The notes under the pieces: generated by a model
Told to the model about the DNA's origin: nothing
Databases searched by the model: none
What the model saw: only the letters and a program-made list of their open reading frames with translations
Made by a program: the position numbers and the translations under genes
Shown here: positions 57,912 through 64,000 of the stretch, piece by piece
How positions within the stretch are numbered: the stretch's first letter is position 1
Layout: the number at the start of each line of letters is the position of its first letter
From: Planktothrix sp. GU0601_MAG3
GTDB taxonomy: Bacteria > Cyanobacteriota > Cyanobacteriia > Cyanobacteriales > Microcoleaceae
Direction of reading: 5' to 3'
Assembly: GCA_035193785.1 (NCBI GenBank)
Contig: CP136572.1
Location: 3,956,578 to 4,020,577 of the forward strand
DNA length: 64,000 nt

Positions 57912-58409
57912 TTAAGACTGCAATCCTTTTAAGACCTTATCGGTAAGAGCATTAATTGATTTACCGACATTTTTTTTCAATTTCCAGGCTTTGAAAGCAA
58001 CTTCATAATCCTCTCCTTCCCGTTGATAGGTTTTCCAAGCTCTGAGGGTTAAAAATAATCCCCAAGTTAAAAAGACAAAGGCTGCAAATCCGATTCCATG
58101 CCAAATCACCAGGTTAATTAAAATTAAGAAAGAGTTAACAATCCCAAATTGAATCAGATTTTGTTTTAGTCGATTTTGGCGATAGGTATTAAAGACTAAT
58201 TTTTCATTTGTTTCTTGTTTTTCTAACTTCCATTGCTGTTCAGCCAGTTCTAAATCTAGGGGAGAAATTCCTAAATCTTTGGCAATGTCTAACAATTCTT
58301 GACGAGTCATTTCCTCGTTATCTTGTTTACGACAAATTGCAATATGGAGAATTTCTTGTATATCTTCCTGTAAATAGGTCGGGGTAATTTGATGGTCTGA
58401 GTTGGTCAT
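57912..58409 (-). CDS. 2TM-domain membrane protein
   Basis: YLQEDIQEILHIAI..ELLDIAKDLGIS followed by two TM helices. Confidence 0.75.
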   Translation of the reverse strand: MTNSDHQITPTYLQEDIQEILHIAICRKQDNEEMTRQELLDIAKDLGISPLDLELAEQQWKLEKQETNEKLVFNTYRQNRLKQNLIQFGIVNSFLILINLVIWHGIGFAAFVFLTWGLFLTLRAWKTYQREGEDYEVAFKAWKLKKNVGKSINALTDKVLKGLQS

Positions 58410-58587
58410 AGATTTTTCTGATCAAGATAAAATACAAATAGGACAAGGTTTACAGGTAATCTGCAACCCTAATAATATGAAATCTTAATCTAGCCTAACC
58501 TATCCTATCAGGGTATAGGGGGAGTTCTAGGGGCGAGATTTAAGATAAAGTTAGAAAAAGTCGGTACCGTTACCAGGAGAATCGTTC

Positions 58588-59617
58588 ATGAATCTGGTTG
58601 TACTCCAGAATGGATTAGATAATATTTCTTTTGCCATTTTGTTGATCACCCTATTGTTGTATTGGGTGGGGGCGGCATTTCCTAATATTCCCTATTTGTC
58701 GGTGTTGGGAACTGCGTCCATGGCGATCGCCAATCTCTCGATTGCCACCCTATTAGGGGCGAGATGGATCGAGGCGGGTTACTTCCCGATTAGTAATCTC
58801 TATGAATCTCTATTTTTCCTCACTTGGGGTTTAACAACCATTCATCTAATTGCCGAACAAATGAGTCGGAGCCGCTTAGTGGGGGTGGTTACTTCTCCGG
58901 TGGCGATGGGAATTGCGGCCTTTGCCACTCTGAAGTTACCGCCCCAAATGCGCATCGCTGAAACCCCTCGTCCCGGCGTTGAAGTCGAATTGGTTAATGA
59001 TGCACGTTAGCGTCATGATGTTGAGTTATGCCACGTTAATGGTGGGATCTCTGTTAGCGATCGCCTTTTTAATTCTCACCCGGGGACAGGAAATCGAATT
59101 AACTGGAAGTTCTTTAGGAACTCGAATTTCCCGAAATCATCAAAAACCCGTCAGCAATATCATCAATTACGCTCCAGAAATTCTGGCGGAGTCCCACCCC
59201 AAAGGGTTAACGACCAATGGTAATGGCGCAACGGCTGTGTTAGAGTTCGTCACAACCGACAACCCAGAATCAGTTACCAGACTTTCCCCACAGCGATTAA
59301 CTTTAGTGGAAACCATTGACAATATCAGTTATCGGATTATTGGATTAGGATTTCCCCTGTTAACCATTGGGATTATTTCCGGGGGAGTTTGGGCGAATGA
59401 AGCTTGGGGTTCCTATTGGAGTTGGGACCCGAAAGAAACTTGGGCATTAATTACTTGGTTAGTGTTTGCGGCTTATTTACACGCCAGAATTACCCGGGGT
59501 TGGCAAGGTCGAAAACCTGCCATTCTAGCCGCCGCGGGATTTGTGGTGGTCTGGGTCTGCTATTTAGGGGTTAATCTATTAGGAAAAGGTTTACATTCCT
59601 ACGGTTGGTTTTTCTAA
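58588..59617 (+). CDS. ccsA: Cytochrome c biogenesis protein CcsA/CcsB
   Basis: WWD domain [23 protein letters not shown] and GLHSYG. Extra A at ~58963. Confidence 0.95.
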
Positions 59618-59661
59618 ATCAGTTAATCCTTAGTAAAAAATACAATTTTCAGGACATAAAT

Positions 59662-60018
59662 ATGAGCGATTTTACCTCTATTCTCGATGATGATGATGTG
59701 ATTAATACCAGCGAAAGTGCATTGATGTTTCAATGTACTTTTAAGGCTAGTGAATTCCTGTCAATTATGGAATCCAAGTTAGAGGAAGAAAATTTATTTA
59801 AGGAAGGAATTGATTGCCAAATTTTGCGTCCGGGTCAATCTTGGAAAACCGGAAAGTTTCGGATTTGTTTGGAATTTTGCCCCGATGAACCGGATGTCGA
59901 AGCTAAAGGAGGTGTCCCAACTTCTGAATATGCTTCCCCCACAATTCCCTCCGACCCTAATTCTGATCTGCCACCTTTTGTTAACCGACCTACCAAAAGT
60001 GTCGGAATGTGGAGTTAG
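59662..60018 (+). CDS. KGK-domain protein
   Basis: EGIDCQILRPGQSWKTGKFRICLEFCPDE. Confidence 0.8.
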   Translation: MSDFTSILDDDDVINTSESALMFQCTFKASEFLSIMESKLEEENLFKEGIDCQILRPGQSWKTGKFRICLEFCPDEPDVEAKGGVPTSEYASPTIPSDPNSDLPPFVNRPTKSVGMWS

Positions 60019-60255
60019 TTATTAGTTGGAAATTTAACGTATTTTATTAATGTTCAAAGTTCAAGAGATTTGATTTTGAATTTTGAACATTTTTTTGAAA
60101 TCCAAAATCGTAGTAAGCCCTTCAGGGCTTATTAGAGGCGTGAAACGCCTCACTACAAAATAGTTTAAGAAATAGCCAAAACCTCAAGAAAAAAAAGATC
60201 ATAATATTATGATTTTGAGTAAGATTTTTCAATCTCCTACAATATTAAGGAGTGA

Positions 60256-62055
60256 TTATTGATTTTTCTGCTGGTTCTTTTTGACTACTGCTTCATGATT
60301 TGTTTGATAAATTTTCAGTCGATCTTGACTTTCAGGATAAATAAAAGAATCTTCAGGAATAGATTCAAGTAAATTAATAGATTGTTTCCATTTTTGTTCT
60401 GCTTCTTGCCAAACACTCAGAGATTCTGGAGGATTTTGCAGCATAACCGATGCTTCCATTGCAATTTTTTTGGCATATTCTAAATCATTTGTTGCCTTTT
60501 GTTCTTTATTTAAAATTTGGCTAATGGAGTTATAATCTTTTTTATAAATTTGTAATTGTTGATTAATTTTTTGAAAGTCAGAAGAATTTTTAGGCATTGC
60601 TTCTAACATTTGAATAGCATCTTGTAATTGAGTTTGAGCTCGTTTCCAAACGGTTAGAGGATGGGGAGGATTTTCAATGATTTGCGATGCTGATAATGCT
60701 AAATTTTCGGCATTTTCTAAACTACTTTGAGGAGTTTCTGGAGTCATAAGATTTGGTTTTTCTTGCTTAGATTTAAAAGGATTAAAAATTAACAGTCCAA
60801 TTCCTCCTAATAAGATAACACCAGCAAGAACAATAATTAACTGACGAATTTGTTGTTGACGTTGTAATTCTAATTCCCGTTGACGTTGCAATTGTTTTTC
60901 CTGTTGTTGTTGTAATTCCAATTCCCGTTGACGTTGTAATTGTTTTTCCTGCTGTTGTTGTAATTCCAATTCCCGTTGACGTTGCAATTGTTTTTCCTGT
61001 TGTTGTTGTAATTCCAATTCCCGTTGACGTTGCAATTGTTTTTCCTGTTGTTGTTGTAATTCCAATTCCCGTTGACGTTGTAATTGTTTTTCCTGTTGTT
61101 GTTGTAATTCCAATTCCCGTTGACGTTGTAATTGTTTTTCCTGCTGTTGTTGTAATTCCAATTCCCGTTGACGTTGCAATTGTTTTTCCTGCTGTTGTTG
61201 TAATTCCAATTCCCGTTGACGCTGTAATTGTTTTTCCTGTTGTTGTTGTAATTCCAATTCTCGTTGACGTTGTAATTGTTTTTCCTGTTGTTGTTGTAAT
61301 TCCAATTCCCGTTGACGCTGTAATTGTTTTTCCTGTTGTTGTTGTAATTCCAATTCTCGTTGACGTTGTAATTGTTTTTCCTGTTGTTGTTGTAATTCCA
61401 ATTCCCGTTGACGTTGCAATTGTTTTTCCTGCTGTTGTTGTAATTCCAATTCCCGTTGACGCTGTAATTCTTCTTCCTGTTGACGTTTTAACTCAATTTG
61501 ATCTTGAATTAATTCCCCATACTGTTCATTTAAGCGAAAACGATAAATTTGCAAATTCTCAAAAATTGAATTAATATTTAATTCAGTCAGATCAACTGAA
61601 GGGCTATAAGATGTTAAATTAAGTGATCGCTCAAACTCCTCCAAACAACGAATTAAGCGAATCCAATCATGTTTTTTGATAAATTCTATACTATCATCTT
61701 CATCCGTCCAATTCTTTAATTCAGTTAAAATAATATCTACTAAACAGCATAGAGTATTTTGAATCCCTGGAAAATATTCAGAATTAGAATGGTTTTCTAG
61801 TAACTCAAAAACATTCAATAACAACCCGCTATCAATAGCAATCTGATTCATCAAATCCAGGCGTTTAGCATATAGAATTTTCTCTTTTTTTACAGTATCT
61901 TGATTGGCAGCCAATAAAGGCAAATGATCAATTCCCGAAAAAATTGAATGATTTCTTTTTTCGTCGTTGATTTTAGTGTTTATAGTTTTTAACTCTGGTT
62001 TAATCTCTTGTATGAATTGCAAAAAATTAGAAGAATAAATTTCAGAAACTGCCAA
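60256..62055 (-). CDS. Single-pass membrane protein with a 16-aa Q/E/R tandem-repeat coiled coil
   Basis: 12 copies of LQRQRELELQQQQEKQ, then a TM segment (LIIVLAGVILLGGIGLLIF) and a duplicated helical C-terminal module (NPP..L.VW). Confidence 0.75.
   Translation of the reverse strand: MAVSEIYSSNFLQFIQEIKPELKTINTKINDEKRNHSIFSGIDHLPLLAANQDTVKKEKILYAKRLDLMNQIAIDSGLLLNVFELLENHSNSEYFPGIQNTLCCLVDIILTELKNWTDEDDSIEFIKKHDWIRLIRCLEEFERSLNLTSYSPSVDLTELNINSIFENLQIYRFRLNEQYGELIQDQIELKRQQEEELQRQRELELQQQQEKQLQRQRELELQQQQEKQLQRQRELELQQQQEKQLQRQRELELQQQQEKQLQRQRELELQQQQEKQLQRQRELELQQQQEKQLQRQRELELQQQQEKQLQRQRELELQQQQEKQLQRQRELELQQQQEKQLQRQRELELQQQQEKQLQRQRELELQQQQEKQLQRQRELELQQQQEKQLQRQRELELQRQQQIRQLIIVLAGVILLGGIGLLIFNPFKSKQEKPNLMTPETPQSSLENAENLALSASQIIENPPHPLTVWKRAQTQLQDAIQMLEAMPKNSSDFQKINQQLQIYKKDYNSISQILNKEQKATNDLEYAKKIAMEASVMLQNPPESLSVWQEAEQKWKQSINLLESIPEDSFIYPESQDRLKIYQTNHEAVVKKNQQKNQ
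60860..61468. repeat. 48-nt coding tandem repeat, about 12.7 units
   Basis: Period of 48 checked (TTTTTC ends at 60900, 61140, 61380 and 61428); only synonymous variation. Confidence 0.95.
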
Positions 62056-62235
62056 GAGATAATTGTATTTTTTTAGCTATATGGATTAACTGATCTTTTA
62101 ATGTTAAGACTTTTATAACATCCATATATTTTGTCCCAATAGGTGTTTTTAATAGAATTAGCTATGGCATTATAACAAAATCAAAGGCTTACTGTAGAGA
62201 TCCTAACCTCTCTCTACAGTAAACATGGTTATAAA

Positions 62236-63435
<1,200 letters not shown>

Positions 63436-63451
63436 TTATCAGGAAAGGGGG

Positions 63452-64000
63452 TCAAATTTTTACCTCCTCCGCGAAACTTGTCCAGCGCACGAACTGAAAT
63501 GGCCCCGCTAAGGCGCCCCACAGTTGTTCATCGGTTTCGGGGTCGTGTCCTCGGTCATGACTAATAAAGTGGTGTTCGTCGATTTCAAATTCACTCGCTA
63601 AATAGGTGACCTTCCCTTTGCGTTTCCACCATACATCCTTTCCCTGGTTCGACTTCCCCTTTAAAACCCTGTCCTGTCCAATGAGTAATAAAAGAACATT
63701 GTTCCATTTTTTTCAATCGTTCTTTTGTTAACCCTTGAAGTCGTTCGGGTTCCCGGGATGCACCATAAAATTCGGCTTCATTTTCAATCACATAATTCTC
63801 AATTTCAATGTGATTTTCCACCACCACTAATTTTAATACCCGCACCCGATAGGGTTGTTTTAAATTAATATCATAGGCCTGTTCTAAATACAAGCTCACC
63901 TCATCTAATAATTCCGTTGGTAGGGGACGCATACAGACGCGAATATGGGCAAAAAACGGCGGGTTTTCAAAGGCTTGGGCTTGGTTACTGAAGTCCGCCG
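63452..64000 (-). CDS. cpcT: CpcT/CpeT family phycobiliprotein lyase (5'-truncated by the window)
   Basis: DFSNQAQAFENPPFFAHIRVCMRPL, EQAY, PYRVRVL and DRG..WG..GPFQF. Extra base at ~63624. Confidence 0.88.

Noticed and set aside
60860..61468. CRISPR array
   Set aside because: Head-to-tail 48-nt units with no unique spacers, in frame within a CDS; no cas genes.

Overview
This window is cyanobacterial chromosome. Abundant HIP1 GCGATCGC, heptamer and nonamer intergenic tandem repeats, and CBCR, KGK and PatX-type genes point to a filamentous Oscillatoriales organism resembling Planktothrix; the genus is an inference. It holds about 50 genes and two tRNAs (Arg-CCG, Thr-CGT). Housekeeping genes include folB, potA, mnmE, a sulfate ABC operon with a divergent Crp-type regulator, cofH, tgt, cobS, ilvD, ccsA, sqdB and cpcT. 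There are also c-di-GMP and light-signalling proteins, EPS export genes (wza/wzc) and several AT-rich accessory modules. Two results stand out. (1) All 33 reading-frame breaks I could reconstruct are extra bases turning GAAC into GAAAC or GTTC into GTTTC. The split genes are therefore motif-specific sequencing errors, not pseudogenes, and GAAC/GTTC is the canonical Dnd DNA-phosphorothioation motif. (2) An AT-rich four-gene operon just downstream of mnmE encodes GNAT-PIN-like-PUA fusion + ASCH + McrB + McrC, a candidate acetylation-linked, modification-dependent defence system. Merged CDS coordinates below assume the GAAC/GTTC corrections.
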